A DNA stretch of 64,000 nucleotides, taken from assembly GCA_965208835.1 (NCBI GenBank), contig OZ242358.1, positions 1,696,001 to 1,760,000 on the forward strand, read 5' to 3'. Under the pieces are notes generated by a model. That model was given only the letters and a program-made list of their open reading frames with translations, was not told the origin of the DNA and did no database searches. The stretch comes from Candidatus Latescibacterota bacterium. Its GTDB lineage: Bacteria; Latescibacterota; UBA2968; GCA-2709665. Below are positions 28,738 through 37,473 of the stretch, piece after piece. Position numbers and translations under genes: made by a program. Every line of letters begins with the position of its first letter. Within the stretch, counting starts at the first letter, position 1.

Positions 28738-29197
28738 GTCTTATCCTTCCGCGGGATTGGATCCTTCAAAGCGGGATCGCGCTGGTTGCATCCATAAATT
28801 ACTATAATTGTGTGATTTATAGATATTGGTAATCTCTGTAGAATATCATTCGGTAATAGCGGTGGGCCTCTTGACTTGCCACGAATAAAGGCGTCAATTC
28901 GCTGTCAAGGGCGGAGATGCGAGTCCACACGGCGCGGAAAGAAAGTAACGTAGAGTCGAGTCTTGTTGTCAATTGCAATCACGACATCGATAACTGCGAA
29001 ACATGGTTCACGCCCACCAGCACAACGATGTAGCGAGATTTTTTTCTTAGCCGTGAAGGAATTTTAGCGCCGCTCTAAAATCCATTTGACTTGTGCCGCT
29101 TCCCATTGACGATGCCCTTGCCTGACGTTATTTTTGCGTGGTGAATCGCGGAGTCTGGAACAGGCAAGAAAATCAGCAGAATAAACCGAGGTGGTCC

Positions 29198-29986
29198 ATG
29201 GATATGAATCTGAAAGGAAAAATCGCGCTTGTGACGGGCGGGAACCGCGGGATCGGTCTCGCGACGGCGAAGGGTCTGGCGAAGGAGGGGTGTGACATTG
29301 CGATCTGTGCCCGGCGGGAGGAGACGCTTGCGCACGCGGCTGGAGAGATCGAAGCGCTTGGCGTCCGTGTCGCCGCCATTCAGGCGGATATGCAGAATCC
29401 GGATGACGCGGTCCGGTTTGTGGAGGAATCCGCCGCAAGCCTTGGTGGGATCGACATCCTGATCAACAACGTGGGCGGCCGATCAGGCGACAGGTTGATG
29501 GATTCGACGGACGAGGATTGGGTGGAGACCTTCGACAAGAATGTGTTCCACGGCGTTCGGTTGACCCGGCTGGTGGTCCCGCACATGCGGGCCCGCGGCG
29601 GCGGGTCCATCGTGTTTATATCCTCCATCTCCGGATGGATTCCGCAATTGAGCGGCGCGGTCCAGTACGGCGCGTCCAAGGCCGCCCAGATCTTCATGGC
29701 CGAACCCATAGCGCTTGAACTGGTGCACGACCGCATCCGTGTGAACGTCGTCTCGCCGGGATCCATAATTTTCGAAGGCGGCGGCTGGGACAATATGCGA
29801 CAAGAAAAACCGGAAGTATTCGCCGCCTATAAGGAGAACGGCTTCCCCATGGGGGGCCTTGGTACGCCTGAAGACGTTGCGGACGTCGTCGTTTTTCTGG
29901 CATCGGACCGGTCCCGTTGGGTGAACGGCGAGAATATACGCGCTGACGGACTCGAACAGCCGGTTCCGGCGGTGCGTCCGTGGTGA
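29198..29986 (+). CDS. SDR family oxidoreductase
   Basis: TGGNRGIG, NNVG, YGASK, RVNVVSPG. Confidence 0.93.
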   Translation: MDMNLKGKIALVTGGNRGIGLATAKGLAKEGCDIAICARREETLAHAAGEIEALGVRVAAIQADMQNPDDAVRFVEESAASLGGIDILINNVGGRSGDRLMDSTDEDWVETFDKNVFHGVRLTRLVVPHMRARGGGSIVFISSISGWIPQLSGAVQYGASKAAQIFMAEPIALELVHDRIRVNVVSPGSIIFEGGGWDNMRQEKPEVFAAYKENGFPMGGLGTPEDVADVVVFLASDRSRWVNGENIRADGLEQPVPAVRPW

Positions 29987-30015
29987 CAGCAATGTAGATG
30001 AGGAATCCATAAGCG

Positions 30016-30672
30016 ATGGTACCTGACGAGAATCCGGACGTGCGGCGGTCGCGGACGCGCGCGATCATAGAGACGTTGAAGCGTGATTATCCCGATGCCG
30101 AGTGTTCGCTGACGTACGAGAACCCGCTCCAACTCCTGATTGCGACGATGCTCTCGGCGCAATGTACGGACGAACGGGTCAATATGGTGACGCCAATCCT
30201 CTTCGAGCGTTATCCCACGGCCGTGGACTATGCCGACGCTCCGTTGGATGAACTGGAGGACCTGATCCGTTCGACCGGGTTCTTTCGCAACAAGGCACGC
30301 AACATACAGGGCTGCTGCCAGGCGCTTGTGGACAACCACGGCGGCCAGGTGCCGCGTTCCATGGATGAACTGGTGGCGCTGGACGGCGTTGGAAGAAAGA
30401 CGGCCAACGTCGTTCTGGGCAATGCATTCGGAATTGCCGAAGGCGTCGTCGTGGATACGCATGTTCGCCGGATTTCCAATCGCCTGGGCCTGACCCGGCG
30501 GCAGGATCCGGTCAAAATCGAACAGGACCTGATCGGCCTCGTGCCGAAAAAGGACTGGGTGGACCTGCCGCATCTGTTCATCCATCATGGGCGGGCGATT
30601 TGCAGCGCCAGGGCGCCCGACTGCGATGCGTGCGGTGTGGGCGCGCTGTGCCCGTCGCAAGGACGCGCGTGA
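30016..30672 (+). CDS. nth: Endonuclease III
   Basis: LSAQCTDERVN, GFFRNKA, GVGRKTANV (catalytic K), VVDTHV, C-x6-C-x2-C-x5-C. Confidence 0.96.
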   Translation: MVPDENPDVRRSRTRAIIETLKRDYPDAECSLTYENPLQLLIATMLSAQCTDERVNMVTPILFERYPTAVDYADAPLDELEDLIRSTGFFRNKARNIQGCCQALVDNHGGQVPRSMDELVALDGVGRKTANVVLGNAFGIAEGVVVDTHVRRISNRLGLTRRQDPVKIEQDLIGLVPKKDWVDLPHLFIHHGRAICSARAPDCDACGVGALCPSQGRA

Positions 30673-30786
30673 TTTTTCTCACCATTTGAAGTGACCGGTT
30701 CGCGCATCACACGTCGACCGATCGGGATCGCCCGGTCGACATTTCCGCGGGTCGCGTCAAACTGAAAAATTTCTGAAAATTGGGGC

Positions 30787-30815
30787 TTGACTTTCAGTAC
30801 GCGCAAGGATAAATT
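30787..30815 (+). promoter_or_regulatory. Putative sigma70 promoter of dksA
   Basis: TTGACT-17 nt-TAAATT. Confidence 0.5.
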
Positions 30816-30989
30816 TTCGTCCGAAAAAATCGACCTGGTACGGTTTTAATCCGGGATCCGGTCCGAATGAGAGACGTTGCGTGGTTCTGCGGGCATTTTC
30901 GGGAGAATTGTATCGACATCATTTCCTGGTGTCGATATTGGATGTAGATTCCAGAAATCGGGTTTGGCGCCGGGGAGATTGAAGGCGAT

Positions 30990-31424
30990 ATGGCTGAAAA
31001 ACTGACTCCTGAAAAGCTGGCGTTTTACAAGCAACTCCTTGTGGATCGAAAGAAAGATCTGCTGAAGCAGACCAGCCTTGAAGATGCCGATATCAACGAG
31101 CTGAGAAGAGATCGCTCGGCCGATCCGTTCGATATGGCCGGCAACGCCACTTCTCTTGAGTTGATGGCGACGCTGGGCAATAACGAGAGGCGGGAACTCG
31201 CGGAGATTGACCACGCGCTTGGAAAGATCGAAAGCGGCACGTACGGAATCTGCGAGGTGTCCGGGGAATTGATCGGTGAGATGCGCCTGGAAGCCATTCC
31301 CACGGCGCGGTATACCATGCAGGTGCAGCAGGAACGGGAACGGAATCCTCAGATTGTCGACCGCCCGAGGCGTCGTGTGATCTCGGCGGAAGACCTGCCC
31401 ATGAGCGGCGACGAGGACTCCTGA
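30990..31424 (+). CDS. dksA: DksA/TraR family transcription factor (one-Cys type)
   Basis: Coiled coil with DPFDMA (DxxDxA), IDHALGKIESGTYGICEVSGELI..RLEAIPTA. Confidence 0.85.
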   Translation: MAEKLTPEKLAFYKQLLVDRKKDLLKQTSLEDADINELRRDRSADPFDMAGNATSLELMATLGNNERRELAEIDHALGKIESGTYGICEVSGELIGEMRLEAIPTARYTMQVQQERERNPQIVDRPRRRVISAEDLPMSGDEDS

Positions 31425-31444
31425 CGCGGAACGAGACGGCAGCA

Positions 31445-31480
31445 GGAAAGGCGACTCCAGTGGGAGTCGCCTTTCTTATT
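31445..31480. terminator. Bidirectional intrinsic terminator
   Basis: GAAAGGCGACTCC-agtg-GGAGTCGCCTTTC followed by TTATT. Confidence 0.8.
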
Positions 31481-31516
31481 GTACGGCAACCTTGGAGCCT
31501 CCAGCAGGCCGCGCAA

Positions 31517-31607
31517 TCAACCCCTCACGGCTTCGACCATGCTGCGGCAGCCGTGCAGGTAGATGCCCGTATCAACCGACAGGGCGATGTTTCGTACGCC
31601 GAGGTCG
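31517..31607 (-). pseudogene. Stranded 3'-end fragment of the HpcH/HpaI aldolase gene
   Basis: Encodes GVRNIALSVDTGIYLHGCRSMVEAVRG*, nearly identical to the C-terminus of 33686..34447. Confidence 0.9.
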
Positions 31608-32016
31608 GAAAGGGTTGTACTTCTGCGACTCCCCCTCAAGGGGAGAGATTGATCGATCAAACGGGCGCGTGGGTTCCCTAGCCACCTGTTTGGTTGCGGG
31701 TGAGCAGAGCGAAGCCGCACTGGGTATTTACCGTAATGTCATGATTTCAGGGCGTTTAATCACAATGAACGCACTGCCAAACGGTATTTTTTTCGTTATA
31801 TTTTGTATTGTAGTCGAATCCTTACACAGCCATTGAAGTCTGTGACGCCAATGCGTTTCTACTGTCCGGCCGATGCGATCGGCTACGATGGCTTCAAGTG
31901 GCGGCATGCCGCTCAACCGTAACCTGCGAGAAATACCGTCAACCTGGGCTTGAAACTCTGGTCCTGATTCGCCCGCCAAAGCGGAGTAACTCCACTGCCA
32001 ATATTGGAAGGTTGTT

Positions 32017-33414
32017 ATGTCGATGCGTATCGTTGTGATCGCGCTCGCCACATGCATGATCTGGAGTTGTGGAGGTGAGCGCGTGATGCAGTTGCAGGAG
32101 CCGGAAACAGGCGGTCAGGTCCCACAGCCGCTGGGTAAACTGGCCGCCCGACCGGATGCCCGACCGGCGGTAGTGATGGTCACCCTGACCAGGGATGGCG
32201 CCCCGGTTACCGGTGCATCCGTAGAATTCTCGCGGTCTATTGCGGGACGGGCGGCTGATTACACGGAGTTCGCCGGCGCGTCGATTTCAACCGATGAGAA
32301 CGGTCAGGCGGAACTGAAACTTTCAGGGGACAATCTAACGGGTTATTATCGGGCGCGCGCCTCGAAGGATGGGGTCCGGATCGGTACATGGTCCAGCATT
32401 CCGATTAACGCCGGTTTCAAGGTGTTGCTGGACTTGCCCGCTGGCGGAACGGCTCGCGTGACAGACATATACACCCTTCCTAGAGAAACCATCGTTTTCA
32501 GCGAACTGCACTGGGCAAGCGTCCAGCTGCAGAACCGCATCGCCCAGTATATTGTTGAGAAGGGCTACGGCTATCCTACCGATCTGATCGCCGGCTCCGC
32601 GCTACCTCTGTTGGACAGCCTGCGGAGAGGCGACACCCATGTTTACATGGAGGTCTGGCTGCCCAACCAGGACGAAGGCTGGGCGGAATCTCAAGCCGCC
32701 GGGGATGCGATTAACGTGGGCCCGAGTCTTGGCAGCGACTGGCAGTCGGCGTTCGTCATTCCCGCGTATCTCCAGGAGCAGCATCCCGATCTGGACAGCG
32801 TGGAAGATCTCAAAGAAGACCGTTTCAAAAGCCTGTTCGCGACCGAGGAGTCTGAAGGCAAGGCGCGCCTGATGTCTTGCGTCAGCACCTTGGGCTGCGC
32901 GGAGATCAATGCGGCCCAGATTGAAGGCTATGGCCTGTCCGACCACGTGCAAATCGTCACCCCCGAGGATGCCGACGCCTTAAACGCGAACCTGGAAAGC
33001 GCCTACGAGAAAGGCGAGCCATGGCTCGGTTACCAGTGGGGCACCAGTACGTCGGCCTTGTTCCTGGACCTGGTACGCCTTGAGGAGCCGGAGTACAGCG
33101 ACGAGTGCTGGGCTGGTGACAAGGCGTGCGCCTACGAGGACGCAACCATCTCTATTGCGGTGAATTCCGGTCTGCCCGCCAGGGCTCCGGACGTGGTCGA
33201 GATGCTGGGGGCCTGGGGCCTCGACATCGACCGCTACAAGGAGGTTGCCGTCTGGCAGCGCGACAACCCGGAGGCCGGCATTAACGACGCGGCTCTGTGG
33301 TGGCTGGGCGCCAAATCCAGCCATTGGAGCGGCTGGGTGACTGGCAATGCGGCTGCCGCCATCCAGGCCGCGCTCGATGCCAACGAAATACCGGACGGCT
33401 GGCCGGAAGAGTAG
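32017..33414 (+). CDS. Glycine betaine/OpuAC-type ABC substrate-binding lipoprotein with an extra N-terminal Ig-like domain
   Basis: Lipobox-like IWSC; C-terminal part WASVQLQNRIAQYIVEKGYGY, YMEVWLPN, FVIPAY, YEKGEPWLGYQW (ProX-like). Confidence 0.8.
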   Translation: MSMRIVVIALATCMIWSCGGERVMQLQEPETGGQVPQPLGKLAARPDARPAVVMVTLTRDGAPVTGASVEFSRSIAGRAADYTEFAGASISTDENGQAELKLSGDNLTGYYRARASKDGVRIGTWSSIPINAGFKVLLDLPAGGTARVTDIYTLPRETIVFSELHWASVQLQNRIAQYIVEKGYGYPTDLIAGSALPLLDSLRRGDTHVYMEVWLPNQDEGWAESQAAGDAINVGPSLGSDWQSAFVIPAYLQEQHPDLDSVEDLKEDRFKSLFATEESEGKARLMSCVSTLGCAEINAAQIEGYGLSDHVQIVTPEDADALNANLESAYEKGEPWLGYQWGTSTSALFLDLVRLEEPEYSDECWAGDKACAYEDATISIAVNSGLPARAPDVVEMLGAWGLDIDRYKEVAVWQRDNPEAGINDAALWWLGAKSSHWSGWVTGNAAAAIQAALDANEIPDGWPEE

Positions 33415-33500
33415 CCCTTTGACCTCGTATTCCCGACCTCATTTCAAACGCTCCTCTACGCCCAATATGCGACACTGAACCCGGTGGGATCGAGAAAACC

Positions 33501-33526
33501 AGGGCACCCACAAGGGATGCCCCTAC
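33501..33526 (-). repeat. GTAG-type REP palindrome
   Basis: Reverse complement GTAGGGGCATCCCTTGTGGGTGCCCT; relatives at 49176, 54592 and 54628. Confidence 0.7.
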
Positions 33527-33593
33527 ACTGAGGCAAGCACCTGTCTGTAGCAGTGGCAGTCGTTGAGGTATCAAGATTTTCTGGATTGTAAGC

Positions 33594-33627
33594 GAAAAGG
33601 GCGGCTCATGCGTGAGTCGCCCTTTAT
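33594..33627. terminator. Intrinsic terminator hairpin (related to the one at 31445)
   Basis: AAAGGGCGGCTCA-tgcg-TGAGTCGCCCTTT. Confidence 0.7.
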
Positions 33628-33685
33628 CCTATAAATTCGGTTTTTCTTGAACCAGCCGCCGTGATTCTGGCCTAAGCCGCGCTTC

Positions 33686-34447
33686 TCACCCCCTCACGGC
33701 TTCGACCATGCTGCGGCAGCCGTGCAAGTAGATGCCGGTGTCTACCGACAGGGCGATGTAACGCACGCCGGCGTCGATCCAGCGATTGGCTGCTTCGGGG
33801 CTGTCCGCGAAGGTGCCCACGGTGAGGCCGGCCTTATTGATCTCAACGGTGGCCTCCCGCATCCGGTCCACCACCCTGGGATCGCTCACCTGGCCCGGGA
33901 TGCCGAGGGACTGGGAGAGGTCGTACGGCCCCAGGAAGACGACGTCCAAGCCGGGCACGGCGATAATGGCATCCAGGTTTTCCAGGCCCTCCACCCCTTC
34001 CACGTGGATCAGGACCATGGATTCCCGGTTGAGGCGTTCGAAGATCTGGCCGCCTTCGGCGAAGTACCGGGCCGCGCGGGTGTAGGGCGAGACACCCCGC
34101 ATCCCTAGCGGCGCGTACTTTGCCGCCTCGACGAGGGTCTCGGCGTCGGAGCGGGTGCGTATCTGCGGGACTTGGACGCCCTCCGGGCCGATGTCCAGCG
34201 CCCGGAGTACCTGGGGCGGGTCGTTTTCCCTGACGCGCACAATCGGGGAAATACCCGCGCCCTTTGCCACGCGGCAGAGGTTCTCGGTGGTCTCGATATC
34301 CAGCGGACCGTGTTCGGTGTCCAGGACAACGAAGTCAAACCCCGCGTAAGCGGCGATTTCGACGAGCGCGCCGGACGCGAGGTTGACGAACGGACCCAGG
34401 ACGACCTCACCGGCCTTCAGTTTGGCTTTCAGGCTGGTTTCAGACAT
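33686..34447 (-). CDS. HpcH/HpaI aldolase family protein
   Basis: GFDFVVLDTEHG, RALDIG, YAPLGMRG, VFLGPYDLSQSLG. Confidence 0.93.
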   Translation of the reverse strand: MSETSLKAKLKAGEVVLGPFVNLASGALVEIAAYAGFDFVVLDTEHGPLDIETTENLCRVAKGAGISPIVRVRENDPPQVLRALDIGPEGVQVPQIRTRSDAETLVEAAKYAPLGMRGVSPYTRAARYFAEGGQIFERLNRESMVLIHVEGVEGLENLDAIIAVPGLDVVFLGPYDLSQSLGIPGQVSDPRVVDRMREATVEINKAGLTVGTFADSPEAANRWIDAGVRYIALSVDTGIYLHGCRSMVEAVRG

Positions 34448-34616
34448 GGTGTATCTCCACGACAGGGGTCAAGTCATTTCGGTTTCGATTGCGATAGGGA
34501 TTCGGGATTGATAACCCCCCGCCGCAGAGTTTGGGAGCGCATGCGGCGGACGCATTTCGCCCAATATAGGTTGCCCCGAATGTTGTGTAAAGCGGAAAGC
34601 CCCGGCGCCGGACCGC

Positions 34617-34645
34617 TTGACATTCGAATGCCGCATCCGTATATA
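34617..34645 (+). promoter_or_regulatory. Near-consensus sigma70 promoter
   Basis: TTGACA-17 nt-TATATA. Confidence 0.75.
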
Positions 34646-34680
34646 TATGATACGAGATCAGCAACGGGGAGGAGGTTGGA

Positions 34681-34809
34681 ATGAACACCGATCTGCGGGA
34701 ATTTGCGTTGCGCCTTAAAGTTATCGAAATCCTGAAGCGGTACACCTGGGTACGACATCAGTTGAGGGTCATTCAGTTGTGGAAGAAGCTCTACATCCAC
34801 CCGAATTGA
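34681..34809 (+). CDS. Unannotated 42-aa basic small protein MNTDLREFALRLKVIEILKRYTWVRHQLRVIQLWKKLYIHPN
   Basis: GGAGGAGG SD; has its own promoter and terminator; below the ORF-track size cutoff. Confidence 0.7.
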   Translation: MNTDLREFALRLKVIEILKRYTWVRHQLRVIQLWKKLYIHPN

Positions 34810-34832
34810 CGCGTGCTGACTGGCTGCTTAAG

Positions 34833-34870
34833 AGGCGCTCGGGCGGTGACGGTCCGGGCGCCTTTCTGTT
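34833..34870 (+). terminator. Intrinsic terminator of the small-protein gene
   Basis: AGGCGCTCGGGC-ggtgacg-GTCCGGGCGCCT followed by TTCTGTT. Confidence 0.7.
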
Positions 34871-34986
34871 GTCCGGAACAACCTCTGAGCGGCTTCCGAA
34901 AGACGTCAGGTCCCAACACAGGCACATCCCATCGAAATGATTAGGTGTTGATCGACATCCGTCCATTCGTTAGATTTCCGCCCGAT

Positions 34987-35661
34987 ATGGCCTCCGGACA
35001 GAACAGGATTCGCGTGGTCTTCGACCGGTTGATGGATGCTTTCGGACCCCAGGGATGGTGGCCGGCTGAAACCCCGTTCGAAACGATGGTTGGGGCCATA
35101 TTGACGCAGAATACGGCCTGGACAAACGTGGAACGGGCGATGGGAGCGCTGAAAGCCGCGGAGGCCCTTGAAGCCCGTACCATGCTGGAAATGCCCGACG
35201 TCGAACTGGAATCCCTCATCCGTTCCGCGGGCACCTTCCGCGTAAAGGCCAGGCGGCTGAAGGCATTCCTGGCGTACTACGTTGTCAGGTACGATGCGGA
35301 CGTTTCACGGATGAGGGATGTCCCGACCGGGCGTCTGCGCAAGGAACTGCTGTCGGTAAACGGAATCGGACCCGAAACCGCGGATTGCATCCTGCTGTAT
35401 GCGCTCGAAAGGCCGAGTTTCGTGGTGGATGCATATACGCGGCGGGTCTTCGGGCGTTTGGGACTGCTGGACGCGAGACTCGATTATCACGACATCCAGC
35501 GCAGGTTTCAGGCCGCGCTGCCGGCAAGCGCGGCGGTCTACAACGAGTATCATGCCTTGATCGTAGGGCTGGGCAAGCGCGTCTGCACGCCCGCGCCCAG
35601 GTGCGGGGCGTGCGTGCTGAACGCGGTATGCGAGACAGGAGTACAGGATGGCCCGGTTTGA
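34987..35661 (+). CDS. HhH-GPD (endonuclease III-related) DNA glycosylase
   Basis: WWPAETPFE..VGAILTQNTAWTNVE, GIGPETAD, FVVDAY, C-terminal Cys cluster. Confidence 0.9.
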   Translation: MASGQNRIRVVFDRLMDAFGPQGWWPAETPFETMVGAILTQNTAWTNVERAMGALKAAEALEARTMLEMPDVELESLIRSAGTFRVKARRLKAFLAYYVVRYDADVSRMRDVPTGRLRKELLSVNGIGPETADCILLYALERPSFVVDAYTRRVFGRLGLLDARLDYHDIQRRFQAALPASAAVYNEYHALIVGLGKRVCTPAPRCGACVLNAVCETGVQDGPV

Positions 35662-36472
35662 ATTGTGTTTTAATACGAGCACGATACAACCCACACCCGT
35701 CGACGGGAAGATCCGCATCGCGGGCGCCGCGGGGTATGAGTCGATCGAGCTCTGGAACGACGACCTGACGGACTGGGAACGCAGGGGCGGGAGGTTGTCC
35801 GAACTCAAACGGATGCTCGATGACCACAATCTCGCGGTACCGGACGTTGTCCACCTTTCCGGATGGATGGACGCGGCCCAGCCGGACTTCGAAACCGGGT
35901 TGCTCGATAAGGCCCGGCGGCTGATGGAACAGGGCGTGGCCGTGGGCGCGCCCCGGATCATCGCCGGACCCGCGCGCGGTCGGGTAGACCTCCACCGGGC
36001 GGCGGACCGTTATTGCCGGCTGATCGAACTGGGTCGGGAAGTGGGATGTCTGCCCGCCCTCGAATTCCTGGGATTCGTGGACCACGTGAATAACGTGGAC
36101 GTGTTGATGGAGATCGTTACGCTCGCGGACCATCCGGATACCACGGTCGTGATGGACGCGTTCCATATCTATCGCGGCGGCGGGCGGGACGAGGATGTCC
36201 TGAAGGTTCCCGGTTCGCAGGTGGCCATGTTCCACATTGACGATGTACCGAAGACAGACCGTAATCGCGAGACGCTGGCCGACGGAGACCGGGTATATCC
36301 GGGCGACGGGATTCTGAACCTGCCGAAGATGCTGGAGATGCTGGCCTCGCAGGGGTTCTCCGGCCCGGTATCTCTCGAATTGTTCAATGAAGACCTCTGG
36401 CGTCAGGACCCGGGTGAAGTCGCCCGGGTGGGGGCGGAGAAGGTGAGACGGCTGATCGAGTCGGTAGAATGA
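35648..36472 (+). CDS. Sugar phosphate isomerase/epimerase (IolI-like TIM barrel)
   Basis: LEFLGF, DAFHIYRG, FHIDD, DRVYPGDG, SLELFN. Confidence 0.9.
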   Translation: MARFELCFNTSTIQPTPVDGKIRIAGAAGYESIELWNDDLTDWERRGGRLSELKRMLDDHNLAVPDVVHLSGWMDAAQPDFETGLLDKARRLMEQGVAVGAPRIIAGPARGRVDLHRAADRYCRLIELGREVGCLPALEFLGFVDHVNNVDVLMEIVTLADHPDTTVVMDAFHIYRGGGRDEDVLKVPGSQVAMFHIDDVPKTDRNRETLADGDRVYPGDGILNLPKMLEMLASQGFSGPVSLELFNEDLWRQDPGEVARVGAEKVRRLIESVE

Positions 36473-37473
36473 ACGTGCGGAGCCCCGACATGGTATACGT
36501 TGGCGAAACCGCGATACCCGGATCGACCGTGCTCGCGCCGCTGGCCGGCGTGACGGACCGGTCGTTCCGTCTGCTGTGCCGTGAGCAGGGCGCGGGGCTG
36601 GCCGTGACGGAGATGGTGAGCGCCCGCGGGCTGGCCGACGGCAGCGAGCGTTCGAGCCGATACCTGGACTTCGAGGCGGACGAGCATCCGATTTCCGTGC
36701 AGATATTCGGGTCCGAACCCGGTGAAATGGCCGAAGGCGCGCGGGTGGCCGCCGAACGCAATCCGGACCTGCTCGACATCAACTGCGGGTGTCCCGTGAA
36801 GAAAATCGTGAACAGGCGCGCGGGCGCGGCCCTGTTGAAGAATCCGTCGCGTCTGGGCCGGATCGTATCGGCGATGGCGCGGGCGGTGTCCATCCCGGTC
36901 ACGTTGAAGATCCGCAGCGGATGGGACGATGCGGACAACGCATCCGACGTCGCGCGCGTGGCGGAAGATATGGGCGCCGCGGCTATCGCCGTGCACGGCC
37001 GGACTCGACAGGCCGGATTCACGGGCCGGGCGGACTGGGATGTGATCCGGGAAGTGTCCGAAGCCGTTTCGATTCCAGTCATCGGCAACGGCGACGTCAG
37101 GGACCCGCTGGCCGCGAAGGACATGATGGAGCAGACCGGATGTGACCTCGTGATGGTGGGCCGGTGGGCGATTGGCGATCCGTGGCTGTTCGGACGGATC
37201 GAGCACTTCCTGAACACCGGCACGCTGCTGGATGCGCCGACAGCAGGCGAACGGGTGAGGATGGCCATCCGGCACCTGCGGCTGTCGGTGCAGAACAAGG
37301 GGCTGCCCGCCGGGGTCCGTGAAATGAGGAGGCATTTCGCCGCCTACATCAAGGGCATCGAGGGCGCGGCGGCGTTTAGGCGCGCGCTGATGACGGAGGA
37401 CGACCCGGATGCGGTTGAAGGCATCCTGAACGCGGTACGCAGGAATGCGGAGGAGGTATCCGGTGACGCCTGA
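36469..37473 (+). CDS. dusB: tRNA-dihydrouridine synthase B
   Basis: LAPLAGVTD, TEMVS, DINCGCP, KIRSGWD, VHGRT, GNGD, MVGR. Confidence 0.93.
   Translation: MNVRSPDMVYVGETAIPGSTVLAPLAGVTDRSFRLLCREQGAGLAVTEMVSARGLADGSERSSRYLDFEADEHPISVQIFGSEPGEMAEGARVAAERNPDLLDINCGCPVKKIVNRRAGAALLKNPSRLGRIVSAMARAVSIPVTLKIRSGWDDADNASDVARVAEDMGAAAIAVHGRTRQAGFTGRADWDVIREVSEAVSIPVIGNGDVRDPLAAKDMMEQTGCDLVMVGRWAIGDPWLFGRIEHFLNTGTLLDAPTAGERVRMAIRHLRLSVQNKGLPAGVREMRRHFAAYIKGIEGAAAFRRALMTEDDPDAVEGILNAVRRNAEEVSGDA

Noticed and set aside
31517-31720. 67-aa minus-strand ORF as a real gene
   Set aside because: A chimera of repeat-derived sequence and the duplicated aldolase tail; no SD
31728-32057. 109-aa minus-strand ORF upstream of the binding-protein gene
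   Set aside because: Overlaps an AT-rich promoter-like tract and the next gene's start; no recognisable family
34650-34870. Possible 6S RNA or other structured ncRNA
   Set aside because: No long end-to-end rod pairing seen; a strong SD with a clean 42-codon ORF explains the unit better (Rfam scan still advised)
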